A stretch of DNA of 64,000 nucleotides, from contig CM114271.1 of assembly GCA_050084515.1 (NCBI GenBank), positions 4,650,001 through 4,714,000 on the forward strand. The letters run 5' to 3'. This document shows positions 28,001-43,186 of this stretch, one piece after another. The notes beneath the pieces were generated by a model, which saw only the letters and a list, made by a program, of their open reading frames with translations, was not told the origin of the DNA and made no database searches. The stretch comes from Blasia pusilla. Lineage: Eukaryota. Positions within the stretch are counted from its first letter, which is position 1. Every line of letters begins with the position of its first letter. The translations under genes were made by a program, and so were the position numbers.

Positions 28001-29284
28001 TATTGGCATCATAGCAAGCATATTTAGTGTTAGGCTAGAGATCGAATCCTATAGAGAGTTGTGAGGTTCAAGTGGGAGAGAGCACACATTTTGCGGGTAT
28101 GAAAGGATGGTAGAATACAAATAAATCTTTATCCTTCCTAGAAAACTCGTGTAGTGTGAGACACCCATAAGAAGTTGGATCATCTCGGAGTAAATCATAC
28201 TTATAGCTTACTCCAAGTTTAGTATTGGTGGTGTGACATGCATAACGAAGTTGAACAATTTATATCCAAATGGATGATATATGATTGATTGCGAGCATCC
28301 TTTAATGCTCCCACTAGGGTACCAAGTTTAGAGTAGAGTTGTAGGCTTTGTGTGATCAAACACTATTAGATCACTATGCCACGTCCACATATCATCCTGA
28401 GGCGGATAGGTTGGCACAGAAAATGGTACAGAAAACGAAGACAAGATTAGATAAGCATGGCTTATTGCGGAAACTATTTGTTCTAGTGTATTGCTTTAGT
28501 CAGCGGGCATCATTTCCACCAAAATTTTGCTCATGGTAGAGAGCCAAACTTACCTAAATTTATTCAACATGATATCCCATAGGTGTTGGATCTTGATGAC
28601 CTAGATGTATCGATGCAAGCATGTTCTCAAAGGGTAGGTATTTTTTAAAGAGTTATGCATATGGCATTTGAGAACTTAGTTATCACTAAACATAGGGATA
28701 AATTGAAGTTTGGGACAATTTGTGGAGGAGGCTATCGTCCAAGTATTATGAGTTTTCATTCTAAAGATCATGTGTATTTATAGCACACGAATCAAAAGAT
28801 TATAGATATTATTGAGGTTCACACAATTTTGTATGTAATCAAGGTGTTCCATATATATTAGAGTCCTCGTGTTGGATAGATTGGATGGCTTGGTTTGGAA
28901 TAATAAGTTGTGTAATTGTGCGTTATTCCATGTTCAAAACCTAGATGGGAAGATTGATCCCAGCTTGGCAACGGTATCTATGGGCTTAAGATATACGTTG
29001 TGTGGACATGCAAGGGATGCAACCACAATGTTGTTATGTGATTTGTTTTAGAGAGTGGCATATGTCATGTCTAACCTCCCTCCCCACCCCCCCTTCTTGA
29101 CGAGGTTCCCACACGACAAAGATTATGTCCCATATATGTATAGGGTAGTAGAGGATGTCATGTTGATGTGAAGTGTGCTACTTGGACTGAGGAGACCCAA
29201 CAAAACTAGTTAACAACTCAATGGTCATATGGTAACCTGTATGCATAAGTTATTGCTTTCGGATTATTTCTCGGGGGAGAGCTT
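25005..29284 (+). mobile_element. Heavily decayed Ty3/gypsy LTR retrotransposon internal region (gag-pol) with C-terminal PHD finger
   Basis: PBS-like tggtatggagacc at 25005. RT remnants: AKIFNTLDL at about 26745 and CYIDD at about 26955. RNase H: PFQLHT.W at about 27392 and T.H.PL at about 27614. Integrase: H...H.G at about 28166 and YHPEAD.LA at about 28390. PHD at about 28990-29140. PPT gggggagag just before TG at 29285. The RT-RH-INT order indicates gypsy. Confidence 0.85.
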
Positions 29285-32200
29285 GCCACGTATTTTAGAT
29301 TGAATTGACGAGTATTTACAGGTTTCCTTCGAGGATCTCAAAGGATAACCTCGTGAGTTAAAGGATGGATTGGTAAGGACTCATATAACTTGAGAGATTA
29401 CATTGGGTTTCCCCTTGTTTTCAACTCACTTGGAGTCTTATTACATATCTTAAATTTTCCAATAAGTCTTTATTATAAGTATAGTTACCTTTCCATTCAG
29501 GAAAATGGCCTTTCCAATCAAGATCCAAGGAGGTGCCTTGTGTGCATATGTTCCAAAAAGAGAGATTGGAGAGAAGGAATAGTGCACCCAAGGAGAATAA
29601 GATCGAAAGCTCATTTGGTCTTTGATTTCATGAGGTGGCGAAGTTATGGTCCTCATTGCATTGTGAGTAATCCAAGCATCTCGCTAGGAAAGTAGGTTTG
29701 GTTTGACACGTGAGAGATTTTATGTTCCATAGATTATTTGAGATGTATTGTTATGCGACTACCTATGTGTGTAGATGACATGAGTGAGTATTGTATCTTG
29801 AGTTTAAAGTGTGGATGGTAACAACCATACATATGTACATGTCCAACTTTTTCAGCTTTTCCCTATTCTATATAAGGAAGAGAAATGGATTTCACAAGCC
29901 ATCCATCTCGTGTCAAGCCTTTGGAGCACTTACCTTGCAAGGGTTTCGTAGGAGGTTGAGTACTGGAGTGCAGATTCTCTCATGATAGAGAATGGACGTG
30001 GCTTGATATGCTGATGTAGTTTTGAGGCTGGAGTTGGTCGTGTGTGTCATTTTTTCTTCGATTTTAGGTGTTGTGCGCATACACATTGCTCCACAATCCA
30101 CGTCGTTAATCGTATCTACACAACTAACATTACCGATATTTCCAACATACTGTTAGATCCATACACATATAAAAATATAACTATGAATAGCGTTGGTATG
30201 CTTGTGTTTGGGAACCTAGGGATGTCCAAGAATATGTACAAAATGGAACTACTCAATATGGTTGGACATAGGTGGTTTTCTCTTATCCAAAAAGTAATGG
30301 GTGCTAGGCTGAAAATAATGATCAATCATTGCACGACATCTAAGCATGTCCTTACAAGCATACTATTGAGGGAATTTTACATCCTTCCAGTTTCAACACT
30401 TTATGTGAAAGGTACAGCACGAGTCTAGGAAAAGTTCCACAATATTGACTCTTGGCTCATGAAATTGATTTTAGTGAAAAAAAAATCCAACGGTATTCCC
30501 CAAAATTGTGTTTTTACGCAAAGACCACCCATATATTATGTTCCAAATATTTTGGCCATTTTATATATTTTGCATAATTCTTAGATTGATCATCTCAATT
30601 TTTGGCCTTCATATTGGACATTGACGCCATTATCTACAACATTCAAATATTCCCCCTACATCAAGGTAACATCAATGAATCTTTTGAAAGTGTAGACAAC
30701 ACTTCCCTGCACAACCTTATGAATAAAAGATTAAAATAAAAGTATGAAACATGTCTCTACCAAGGGTCTTCAACAAGGAAACTTAAATGTCCACATGAAC
30801 ACGGGGAATTCCCCCGAACCTAATCATTTATTTCTTATGTAAAATTGAATTAAAAAGGATCACATAGACAACTCCATTCATGATGATTTATAATGTGGCC
30901 AAGCCGCATCCACATACGCTATGAAAGAATATTATCTCTAACATCCTAACTTCTAGTGATCCTCGGAAGAAGGATTTTTCCCCTTAATCAACGTGGTTTT
31001 GGAAAGCCATATCCTCACCTTATATACCTTCAGGAAGAGCTATAAATAAAACCTCCCCCTTCCCACCTAAAGGATAACTTATGCAAATAGGATACTATCT
31101 AAACATTGACCATATCAACGGGTTATCTAATCCAAACTATAAAAGAAGGGAATTTTTTGGGACATTGATTTGACATTGTTGGTTTGACCTCAACCTCGTC
31201 CAACCACTCAAGGCAAAGATATACAACCAATTTTTTTGATAACTCCTTGCCTTTAAAGCCTTTTTAGGACTCTAACAATCCCCTAACTATGGTGTAGCAA
31301 CATTCTACTTTGCTAAAATTGAATTCCCATAACGTTTTTTTAGAGGTCACATTACATATGTATTTTCCACTTGTTTCCAACTTGACAACATGTTTTCATT
31401 TTTTATTTATTTTTTCTTTCACATATGTAATTCTATCTTCATATCTTTTTAGGTTGGAGACCTCCCTTGTATATCTACACCATGGTTTTGGAGGACCTAA
31501 AGATTGAGAGTTATGGTTTATATCTTTAGATAAGGAGCTAAGGACCCAAAGACGGTCCTTGCTTATCAAATTGATCTCATTTGTTGACGCTATATTTCTG
31601 GAGTGCATGAGACATGTGACACATGAGATAACCTTCATGAAAATTTTGTGCGAGGATTGCAAACTTTCTTTCACCATGAGGAGTTTTGTAGGCATGTACT
31701 TCTTTCATTGAGAAATCTAATAATTTGTTATTCCGTGAGGTCTAAGATCTGCCCACATGTGAGTGTTAGTGTTGTGCTTCCAATGTGGTAGATTGTGCTT
31801 ACTTCGTGAATAATATGGTGATTTGGTCTGGGCTTGGTATACTCAGGTGAGAACTGGAAGAACATTGTTGGTCTTTTTTCTTGGCCTTGATGGAGGTCAA
31901 GAAAGAAGACTTAGAAAGAGTTTGGTGGATGCCAATATTTTGATTTGTCCATTTGGTTTTGTAAGTGACATAAGCGCGAGACGTTATAATATTACGTAAC
32001 AAAATTTGAGATATCCAAGATCCTCAAGTCCTTAGTTTATATATAGTACGAAATCAAAAGGAGTGAGTTGATGGAAGTCCATTGTTCTTGCAAGTTTATA
32101 CCTTAGGGTGTTTGATAGGAAGACAAAGTATGCGTAGTAGGTGAGGAATAAAGTGCATGCTCATGTGGTTAATTTTTTTTGGATATATAAGGTATAGTGC

Positions 32201-34009
32201 AAGTCGACCACAAAACCATCAAAGTTTGAAGAACGCAAAAATGTGATGCTTGAGTCATTTTTGTGAATAGAATTGAGATGTTTAAAGCCAAGGAGACCCA
32301 AAAATCTGAGTAGATTTTGGTAGAGGGAAATCAATACTACATTTATGATGACTCTGTGAGTCAAGTGAGCCGCAACTTAGTCATTGTGGACTTATAATAG
32401 ACTCACTAATTTGCAAGCCCTCATCTTATAATTGACTTGGAAACCTGCAAATTTGAGTTGCAAAGTGTGTGAGAAAGTGCGTCTACAATGCGGGTGGAAA
32501 GGCTCATCTTCTCACACTCGATCATAGTACGTTGAGTCGTAGTCTGTTGGAAATGGACTTGCAAATGTTTTGTATGTGACTCAATTTTTTTCACAACTTT
32601 GTTGTTCTTTGTTGCATGCAATCTGCGATTCTGACTTTTAAGAGGCTCATGAGGAAATTCACAACCGGGTTGCAAAATTTTCAATATTGAAGGTTTGAAA
32701 TTAAATTCGTATATGAAAACATTATTTCCATTCAATGCATGCAACATTTCAATAAAAAAAACAAAGGATGCAAGAAAGAAAGAACCTTTATATATACAAG
32801 TCAATATTTTGACAAAACCACTATAAGATGCCATATGCATTAACACTAGTGTCACTAATCCTACCTAAGACAATGGCGTGCACCTAATAAGCCTCACATG
32901 TGGGGATCAATCATACCTTAAGAAGTCAAGAAGGTCTACCATCCAACGACATATAATTAAGCATCTCCATATAGTATGTCGATCCACTCCTAATAGTGGC
33001 CCCAATAGGATCGACGTCACGTGATCCCATATGGTGATAATGACTATGGATAAACCATGTGCATCCACTAGGCGCAATATCTGACAAGGATCACCAACTC
33101 TCCCTTAGAGTAACTAGATGCTCTCTTAGCATATCTCCTTGTCTATGGAGTCCTCGTCCTCCACATCCTCCCTACTCTTGCTATCGAAGAGGTTCTCTGC
33201 ATAGCCATCTTTGGTCCTCCTCTAACTTGAATAGAGTAGGAATGAGGTCCCTCCATGCCAATCAATATAAGCATGTGTACCCATCGCTACTTCTCCTCCA
33301 TCATGCCTGCATTGGGATGTGGCATCTTGTGCTACATCTTACACACAACATGGAACTATTATCTATGGGGAAAATGAGTAAATGGAAGAGAGTACATTAA
33401 ATCCCACTTTGAGAGTATGAGGACCTTACCATTGTTGTTATACATCATGTTTGAGTGTATGGAGATAAGTGGCAAATTTTCAAGCTTATGAGCATGTTCG
33501 GGAGTCCAATACAAGTCAAGTGCGAGCCATTTATGAGTAAATTTGTGACTCTTACTTGTGATTTACATGCAAACCCACTTTGAGTCAATTGCAAGTCCTA
33601 AAATATGTTTAAAAAAATTGTAGAGACTTTGCAACCCATACTTGCAAACTCCTTTGCGAGTGCATTGCAAGCCTTGTGTGAGTCGTAGGAGTTGCAATTT
33701 AGAAATGGCTTTGGGGACTTGCAAAGGTATGTAGGTGGGAAAAAACTTTGTGGAGCCACAATTGACCTGCAATGGACTTGCATGAACTAGAGTCACAAAA
33801 CGAGATTCATCGTGGACTCACAATGAAGTTGCACCTTCTCTCCCATCCCTAGTAGTGAGTGGGGAATCAAGTAGAATGCGTGGATGAACAAACTTGGAGA
33901 TCAATGATAGTGAAATCCCATGTGTTATCTTGAGTCTCAAGAATAGATCAAGAAAATCCCAAACTATTACTAAGTCTAATCTCAAAAAAAATTGGTTGTT
34001 GAGGGGGGA

Positions 34010-34669
34010 TGTCATGGTAGATGGGACATGGGGCGAGATAGTATCAAGGCCTTAGAGGGATCTTGTACTTCCCTATTTTGAGAGTTCATATGTGATATAC
34101 TCTTAGGAGGATGAGTGGTAATCTTTGAGAGGTTGATCCTCTCATCCTTTTTATGGAGCCACGTTGTCCTGTAGGGTTTGATGGTTAGATGGCACTTGAG
34201 TAGTAGTTGGTCCTATGAGAGGAGCATGTGTGTAGTTGTTAGGAAGTGAGTACCTTGTGTACTATAGGTCATTGGTGACATGCTAGAAGGAGGTTACCTA
34301 TATGTATAGATCACCCATGGAGATGCCCAAGGGGATATACCTTGGATGAAGCTCATTCCTAGCTCATGTTCCTTAGATTGCGCCCATGTTAAAATCCGTG
34401 ATATAGAGCAACTTGCATGTATTGAGTTTGGATTCTCTCTTGAAGAGTGGGCTAGGATTGACATAAGATCACACATTTTGATAGTTTATTGGAGACTATC
34501 TCTTACTATTACCATAATGTGTGTCATTGAATGAATGTTTGAATAAATCATATATAGCTGATTGCAAATTTCATCAACGTCACATTTTTATATTGGGGTT
34601 GTCAAGTGATTAATATGTAGATATGTTAGAATTCATAGTTAGATAGATCTTAGAATTGTGTGCATGACA
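34010..34669 (+). mobile_element. LTR (3' LTR preceded by a polypurine tract)
   Basis: PPT gagggggga immediately precedes TGTCATG, and the element ends CATGACA (7-bp terminal inverted repeat, TG...CA). Confidence 0.65.
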
Positions 34670-35149
34670 ACCAATGTATGTTTTCAGCCATGTTTATTTG
34701 CACGACAAGGGAGACATAAGACGTGAGAGTTAACACACAATGTTTGGTGACACAAAGCATCAATTATTATAGATGTGACTCTAGATTGCAATGTGTGGAG
34801 TGGAACATTTCTCCAACTTAGATCATTGCATGTGGCCATTGCTACATCTCCCATGGGTACCGCCGCCATCCACTCATCCTATTTTTGACAAAAATCTTGC
34901 TATCGATGTGAACCTACAAAAGTCCATTAACTCATAAACACCTCCAAGTGCCTTGGAAGAGATGGAGCAACTCTAACTCCTACAGGCATTTTTGGGTCAT
35001 CTTGGCCCCTCAACATACTTATCCTTATATGTGGCTTGCATGTTGTGATGGGACATCACTACCAATACTACACCAAGTGTTGACTCTTTTGCAAAGTCTA
35101 ACACCACCATCAACTAAAAACTAGTATTGATCTTGATATGATTAGGCAC

Positions 35150-35330
35150 TCAAAATAGATGCCATGGAGTCAACACCTCAATTAGGAAAAACAATACACA
35201 GTCTCACATTGGACACCACATTTCACAATCAAATGAACCATACTAGTGCTACATCACTTGCACCTCGATCACCCTTTGAATGGCTTGGATGAAGAAATTC
35301 ATGTGCATATAAGCCTCCTCAAGGTTCTCT
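35150..35330 (+). mobile_element. Ty1/copia RT remnant
   Basis: LNGLDEEIHVH...PQG at about 35276-35325 resembles the copia RT motif LNG.L.EEIYM.QP.G. DAME occurs at about 35158. Confidence 0.4.
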
Positions 35331-36189
35331 ACTAATTGTCGATGAAAATTTTTGCAACTAATGGAGCTTCTCGACCATAGCCCCTTGGTAGTTCTTCCCC
35401 AATATATAGAAGAACTCAATTGGGATTGAACTCAGGAAGTGTACGCCTTCTCACGATTAGCTGGCGCCCCTAGCATCACTCACTTCAAAGTTGTACAACT
35501 CTTGGATCACCTATAATATGTAGCTTTGGTCCTCGTATTGTCTCCAAGACCGGAACTCCAACACTTACCACTTTGAGAAATGAACATAATAATCTATTGG
35601 TACATGGTCAATGTTATCAAACAAACATGTCCACACCATGAAAGGAGTGAACGTTGTAGGATTGCAAATCCTTACGTTGAACTTTTGGGCACCTCCTCTT
35701 TTCCGCACACCTTGTGTTAAAATTTTGCATAAATTTTGGGAGTTGGCGGTGTTTGCGTGTGGCCTCATATAACCCACCATGCTTACCATCCACATGTATG
35801 GTAAACCCACAAGTTTGGCATTGTTTGTGGATCCTAGGTCACATCCTCTTCAAGCAATGGTCATAGTGGAGACACCTAAAACCACTACCTAGTATGTGTA
35901 TATGGTCTCAACTATGTCCAAGTCATTGTTGTAGGGAATGGGTGAAGAAAAGAGGTAAGAGGATAATAAAGGAAGAAAGAAGTTTGAGTGGAACATGAAT
36001 AAAATACATACACCAAAATAGGTTCCAAGAGAGAAGGATGAAATATTGTAAAACACACTTGGAGGTATCGAGGGAGAAAGTAATGAAGGAAATTAGAACC
36101 ATGCAAAGAAGGATACGAGGAAAATGTGATTTTTTCCCACCGAAATTTACGGTCATCAGTGGGCAAATTTCACTAAACAGGTTATTGTC

Positions 36190-36530
36190 ATTTTTTTTCT
36201 CACCATCTAGGCTATCCACGTATCTTCCACACGTGTTTATTAATACATCCCTTTCAAAGGACCGCACAATGGACCCAACAAGTATCAAGAGGTTAAGAAG
36301 AGAGAAAGGATCCTTTTAACATGGTTGTTGTCGTTGATGGAACCATAAGTTGGATCTATTGATGTATTAAAAAACCAGGGTAACTACATGAAATTGTATG
36401 AGTATATTCATTTAAGGAGGAGGTCCAAAAATCCTCGATAAGTTTTTACGACCTCTACAAGTTCTCGTTGTTTTGTTTCTTGCCTTCTAGACTATCCACA
36501 TGTTCTATGCATGTATATGTTAATTACTTT
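36190..36530 (+). repeat. Dispersed repeat family (ctag.ctatccac.t.t), two copies here, with inverted copies at about 38010-38075 and 46385-46469
   Basis: 36444-36527 is the reverse complement of 46385-46469 with few mismatches. 36190-36275 matches the reverse complement of 38010-38075. Confidence 0.7.
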
Positions 36531-39500
36531 CTTCTGCACCCGTCTTGGAGGCCGCACACCGGTCCAAACCTCTATCAAGTTGGAAAACAAATAAACCTAG
36601 AGAGAGGAGAAAAACATATGGACTTGAAGATTGGAAAAGGATTAGAATGACAATTGGCAGAAAAATCAACTACCCTCCAGGTTGGAAAGGATTCAAAATT
36701 CCTCCTCCACTCCCAACCCTACACTTAAGACCTCCCAAAAAAATAAAATAAAATTTCTTATGTTATTTTAATAACACCTGCACATACATAGCGACATATA
36801 CAAACCTCCACGGGAGTGAACATTAATTTCTAGTACTAAGATGCTTTGACACGACTCATAACTTCCCAAGGCGAGGACTATAGCTGGATGCGATGGCGCG
36901 AATATACCCAAGAAGTTACACGAATGGTAACAAGTAACTCCTCCCGTGCCACTCGCTAATCGAGGACGGGGCTATACTTAAGAGGGAGTCCTCTAATCTG
37001 ATTCGCCCAACAAAGAGCAAGGTTGTAATTACAAGGGTACTCTGATTAGTGTAAGTGAGTATCCCACTAAGTAGGTCAAAGAGCAATAATTATTACGGAT
37101 GATAGCACAGATATACATGAGGTCTTAAGAAGCCACATGATGTACGTATGTGACGGAAGTTAAGGACGGACTAAGGAATAAAGGTCGGTCGGTCCCTCAA
37201 GAGAATGTGGAAAGTGAAGTCTTTCGCGACGTCATGAAACATTGAGGCCAAAAGCAAAGACGTTGGAAAAAGAAACGACGTGGGAAAAAGATTTTCTTGC
37301 GAGTTGAGCTGGTTTCACCGAGTGACCTAAACATGCTTTTAATATATAGTAATAGTAATAGTAATAATAATCATATATGATAATAAAGTCTCTAAAGACT
37401 TCACGTCTAAAGTAATGGAGGGGACCCATTTCGAGGGTTTGAAGATCATCATGAAACTACTATTTCTTTCAACGTGATGACATATACCTACCAAGGAGGG
37501 ATGAGAAAGAAAAATCTCAAGGGAAAAAGAAGAGTATTTATAGTTATGGTTCAAATGGTCTCACAAAGAGGGTGGAGAAAAATGGAAAAGGAACTTTATA
37601 GGATTACAATATAATAAGGGCATTAAAATTCGAGGTCAAAATATCCCATGATGGAAAGGAAGTACGTTAAAGCATTCGAGGAGTCAACTAGTTCTTCCTC
37701 GCGTGGAGAGTGGAATGGAATTTTGGAGTCAACTCACTTTACTTTATCCCAAGAAATATATATACAAATAAATCATTAATTCTGAAGAGGGAAAAAAAAT
37801 TCTGATGAGGAATGTGTGTTTTTTTCCTAGAAAAAATAAAAGCCTTATCAGTCACCAAGAATCCTCCATGCTAGAGTATTTTCTTAATTTGTCCCATTGA
37901 CCATGACTTTCGGTTTTCGTCAAGTTAAATTTTGCATTGTCATTCGACTCATTCCTTGGTGGGTTTTCTCAATTTTGATATCTTCTCTCTCCTCACAATC
38001 CCATGTCCAGTCCCATATGCGGCCCTTGAATAAGTGTGGAAGACATGTGGATAGCTTAGATGGAGAGGAAAAAAAAGGGGAGTGTCTATAGGGACCACAA
38101 ATAGCGAACATGGGTAAGTTGCAAAGTGTTCTAAATGTTCTTCTCAATAAATATGGAGTACTATATAATGGAAAGGAAAATTAGCATAAAGTGACAAGGA
38201 TCAAAATTGTATAAGACTAAATGTTTAAATAAACACTTTATATTCTTACAAGTTAAGTTCCTCCATGTTGATATGAAGACATACATAGTTAGATAATTCT
38301 TAAAACGTGAATAGGAACAAAGAAAATATTGATTTTCTATAAATTCTTGAAGGATATAAACGATCTCATATTGATAGATTTGGGATGAATTGAGGGAGGA
38401 AAAAGTTTCATAAGTGGATAGTAGAGGATAAATTTTGGTTGGAGAGGAATCTTTTTTATGACAAAAAAACCCACATCGTGAAAACTCTACCCAAAAAAAC
38501 AGAAAATTTTAGTGACCTAATTTTGAAACTTGTCCACAAAGATGAAGGGAATTTATAGAAATAAAAATACGTCAACTGAGATAACTTCAAAGAGAATATC
38601 TTTGAGATTTGAAAAAATATGGTTATCCATATTGATCAGAGAGATTTATGATTTATCAAGTTCATTGAATCAATGTTATGTGAATTCTCAAAGAATTATC
38701 GTCGTGAATAGCTAAGTTTATGGCAGCCATTCTAGCCGGGACCCAAGCAGCAAATCGTGATCAGAGGTCCAAGGAGGAAAGCCCTTGGTGTGATCTACCA
38801 AAGTCCAAGCGTAGACTAGCTAGTCGCAAGACTAAGAAGGGCGGAGGAACCAGCCCCGAGACTAACGCCACATCACAAAAGTTAGAGGGTACTAACTTTC
38901 ATGTAATTTTCACATGAAATCCGATATAGCTAAATTTCATATTAATTGATATAAATTAAATCTTTTTTATATTGATTTTTTATATCAATAAACTTTCCAT
39001 GCTAATTCTATGCACAAAATTTTATATATAAAGATTTTCAACAAAAAAAATGACATCATAAATCCATCAAACACATGTCATATTTTAATTGATATCAAAA
39101 TAACTTAGCTCCAAGTTTCGTGATGCAAGCAAGGCGAGCATGTGCCTTATGATTGGCCTTAAGTGAGAAAGGGGCATAGATACTCGCGGAGACAAAGGCA
39201 AGGAAAGCAAAGTTTTAAGAATTTGGAGTCAAGCACCAAGTTAAGGGCGACATGCAAGGAACACGTGAGTAGTCAAGATGGGTGAGATGTCATGAGATTT
39301 ATCATGAAAATGCAAAAGGTCACAATATAACCATGAAACGCCAAACGGGGACTTAAGATGGGCGCTAGCCACGAGACACATGAAATGCAAGCCCAAGCTC
39401 CAAGATGCATTTGGGGAGCTCAAAGTTGCATAATCTACAAGAATCCTCTACAAGCCATCTTTATGGATAACTAGTCAAACAAGAACCACATTAGGGTCGA

Positions 39501-42500
39501 AGGCTCAATTCAAGGGCCCGAGGGGGACAATGGGGAAGGTGGAACCGGAGAGCCTGAGAAGTACCTATAGGGGGGGATATTCTTCCTCTATACGTGCTTA
39601 AGTCCTTAAGCCAAAATTTAATTGTGATGCATATTTGGCCGTGTTCAAGTTTGAGCTAAGGGACACACCTTGAGGAATTAATTGAAGTGCTCCGGTTTAA
39701 GTAAACGACTTGTCGAGATTGGTCAAGGTTTGGGAAAGAGGATTCCTAAGGAGACGGTAAAAAATTGGAGAGAATCAACCCAATTAGCGCTTGGCGGCTT
39801 TTAAGCCGCTTCTCGGCTACCTACGAAATCCGCAACCGCTTGAGTCATAAGGGCTCAATCTTAGTCTTCTGCTTGCCAAGCTCGAGGTCGGGAGTGCTTC
39901 AAGGTAAAGCTAGTTGAAATAGAGGACAAACTCTATAACGACCATAAGTGGCAATAATAATAATCCCAACCATAAAGTTTCAAAGGAGAAAACATGTATT
40001 AATTGAATTAAACAATTTTTGCAAAAAATCTATAGGTGGCATGGTCATAGAGAACACTCAAAAGAAATGAACCCAAAAAATGTAATATTCGTAATCATTA
40101 GATTTATGAGGTGTAATTATTGTACGAACGTCCTATGTGATTTTCCCTCCATGGCACTAATATGAACAATTGGATTCTTATCCCCATTGACTTTTCCATC
40201 CTAGTTTATCATGGATTCTAGTTATTGAAACATATTATTCTTCCCATGAGACATATTTAAGTCCATATGCACAAATTTTTTCCGTATGTAAACTTACTAA
40301 TCACAAAAATTCAAAATTGATGTATGATAAATAAATACAAATTATAGGAGGACAAAAATTTTAAAATCATAGATTATAATTATAAAATAATAAGGGAAGT
40401 CAGAAAGCATCACATTTCAAGTTTGAAAGAGTTACATGTAAGAAAATCTAACTCTTTTTTCTTATCAGTTCAAAACTTTTTTTGGTTGGAATGCAAAAAT
40501 CTCAACTATTCATCTTCTTGTTAATACCAGTCTAAGGAAAAAAAGAGGTTTTTGAAGCATTAGGATATCCCAAACATGTAGATCATGTTAATTTATATTT
40601 GTATCCAATCCAACAACTACTTTAATTTATGTAATGGTAGGTAAAAATACATTTTTCATTCATATTGATTCAAAATGTAGTGTTCTCTTTACAAATCCAC
40701 ATATTCCTATTGCACTCGAGTATTTCTTTTTTTCCCAAAGGAAAATTTATACTTATCTAAATAATTATTGTTAAAATTTGAATATTTTGGACAACTCAAG
40801 AAGGTTTGATAATATTATAGATATAGAATATGATTACACTATCATTTTGTGAATGATTACCTACTCAAATAGAATGTGGCAAACATGGAAAATTTTGGAA
40901 ACTCAAAAACCTTTGACCAATGGCTTACAAATATTAGGATTATCAACCTAAGATGTTGCATTCGCTTTAATTTTTCCATATGAAATTTTCTCTCCTATCT
41001 AGATTATTATTAGCGACACCCCTTTTAGAAACATAGACCTTCTTTCTTGACACATGTTCTCTATGGTGGCGTCCCGCTCCAACATAAACTTGTCCCATCT
41101 AGCTTGCTAACTTAGATTGCTATTGGAGAGTAAAAAGGTGTACTAGTGTTCAAATTCAACATTTCCATCAAATGGCTTGTGCATTGCACGAGCATCTTAC
41201 TCATACGACTATAATTAAAACCTCTTTATATTGTACATGTATGGAATAACTTATGTTTGGTGGCTCTAGTCTATTATGATAAAACCAATTGAGCTAACAT
41301 CCTTTTTAAACACTTGAGTTTCCTTTAGGAGTTATATAGTGATATTTAGTTAGCAAATAGAAAGCCAATTTTCATTGAAACCCCCATGATCCTTCAACTT
41401 TATCAAAACCAACTTGTATTAAACTTTCCCTACCATAATAATATGTAATCTCTTGTAGTTATTGACTTTTATATAAATGCTTATAGGATCATCTAGGTTT
41501 GATCAAACTTGAGAGACTCAATCTACCTATAAATAGAGTAAGGCCCGAGTCCCATGGATTCATGGACACTAGGTCATGGTGACCCACGAGGATTATCAAA
41601 TTTTCCGCATCCAAAACTGTTGGGCGTAGAAATTTTCCGTCGTCCTCGACTGGTGAGTAATCGTCAGTCATTATGAGTAATCAACTGATTTTCTTCCATT
41701 TTCTTGTCTACTGGAAAGACATTTTGGGCATAAAAATGAGGTCATTGCAACCTCTGCAACCATCAATGGGACCGGGTTCTAAATCTCATATAGTCGATGA
41801 TAATTTGATATTGAAATTACCAATTTTTTTCTGCTGAAAACTTATAAAATCGAGAATGCATCGAGAATGACTCCTAAATATTTATAAAATGCATGGATTT
41901 GTACTAAACCCAATGTAAAATAAATCATTCTTATTAGATACCATTTTACTTTAAAATAATGCCTAGAAATGGGGTTTGTAATAAAATGTGATACAATGTT
42001 TGTATCACATTAGATATCCCTCCAAAGATAAAAATTTAAATGATAAATCACATTCATGAGGCATATATCTATTTTATTATTTGCCTTACTTTTTTTTTCC
42101 CATTCAACTTCAGGAGTGTGATAAGCGTCCAAATGTTGATGAGGTAAAACAAAACCCATCACAAAAGTTTTCAGATCATATTTCCTTCTCCTGAAAAAGT
42201 TAAAACGAAATAATCTCCGAAAGAATGTTAGGAAGAAAGGTTTGCTAAGAATATCCAACAAAATTGTGGGCTTAAAATAATTACCGGAAATTATAACCGA
42301 AAATATGAAAAAACCGAAAATAAGGAAAAAACATAAAACAAGAATCCGAGAGAATCTATGAAAATAACCATTTTTTCCGTAATTATATATTATTATCAGA
42401 TTTCCTTGTCTATTTTATTAATTTCATTTCTTCAAGTGCATTCCACCATGCTAACAATATATAACTGATATATATATTTTCATAAAAGATTAGTATTTCT

Positions 42501-43060
42501 TCGAATAATGTAATAGAAATAAAAAATATTTGAAGAATTTTTATTAGTGCATAGCTCAAAAGAAAAATTTATTTTTTTTCCCGTAATAGACAAAATATTT
42601 TTCTTACCCATAACATAGAAATATTTTATTATGCCAAATGTCAAATAAAGAAGCGTTAAAAAATAAAAAACAACATTCGTAATAATATAATCATTTAAAT
42701 TTCCAAATTACATAAAAAATTTAAACTTAGATCATTTATATACTAAGAAGTTTGAAAACTGCATAATAAATGGGGCGGGCGGAAAGCGGGAGATCGAACA
42801 CCAGAACACATAGTGAGTACTATAGTCACGCCGACTCACGCGTTCTGGATCCAAAGTATTTGGACAGAACGTGGATGCGTTTGTTTCCCACCTTATGAGC
42901 GCGCGTGAGTGGGACGTCCGTCCGCTCCGTCGTGACCATCCGCGAGTCAGGATCCGACACGTCGGACCGCGAAGTCCGACGTGTCGGAGGATGGTATAAT
43001 GAAAGAAACTTCGTTCCGCGAAGTCCGTCCGGAGATGAGGATGGTATAATGAAAGAAACT

Positions 43061-43186
43061 TCGTTAGGGGGAAAGCCCGTTTCTGTCTTTTCGGGGCCGA
43101 TTTCGGCCCGCGGTTTTTTCCTATCTATGCCCCCACCTTCTCCTTTGTATCCCGATGGGTTTTCCATCCCAGTTTCTATATTTTTC
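43061..43186 (+). mobile_element. Short 3'-tail insertion of the CRE-like retrotransposon
   Basis: tcgttagggggaaagccc...ggggccgatttcggccc...tgcccc...tttgtatc..gatgggttttccatccc matches the stop codon and 3' UTR of the element at 55270-55390 (-) and at 8345-8430. Confidence 0.8.

Noticed and set aside
30000-32400. Possible decayed LINE endonuclease/RT on the - strand
   Set aside because: Only a faint TF......VVD similarity; too degenerate to support.
37802-37835. ctgatga...gaaa hammerhead ribozyme-like core
   Set aside because: Stem II does not close directly on GAAA, and no stems I or III are evident.
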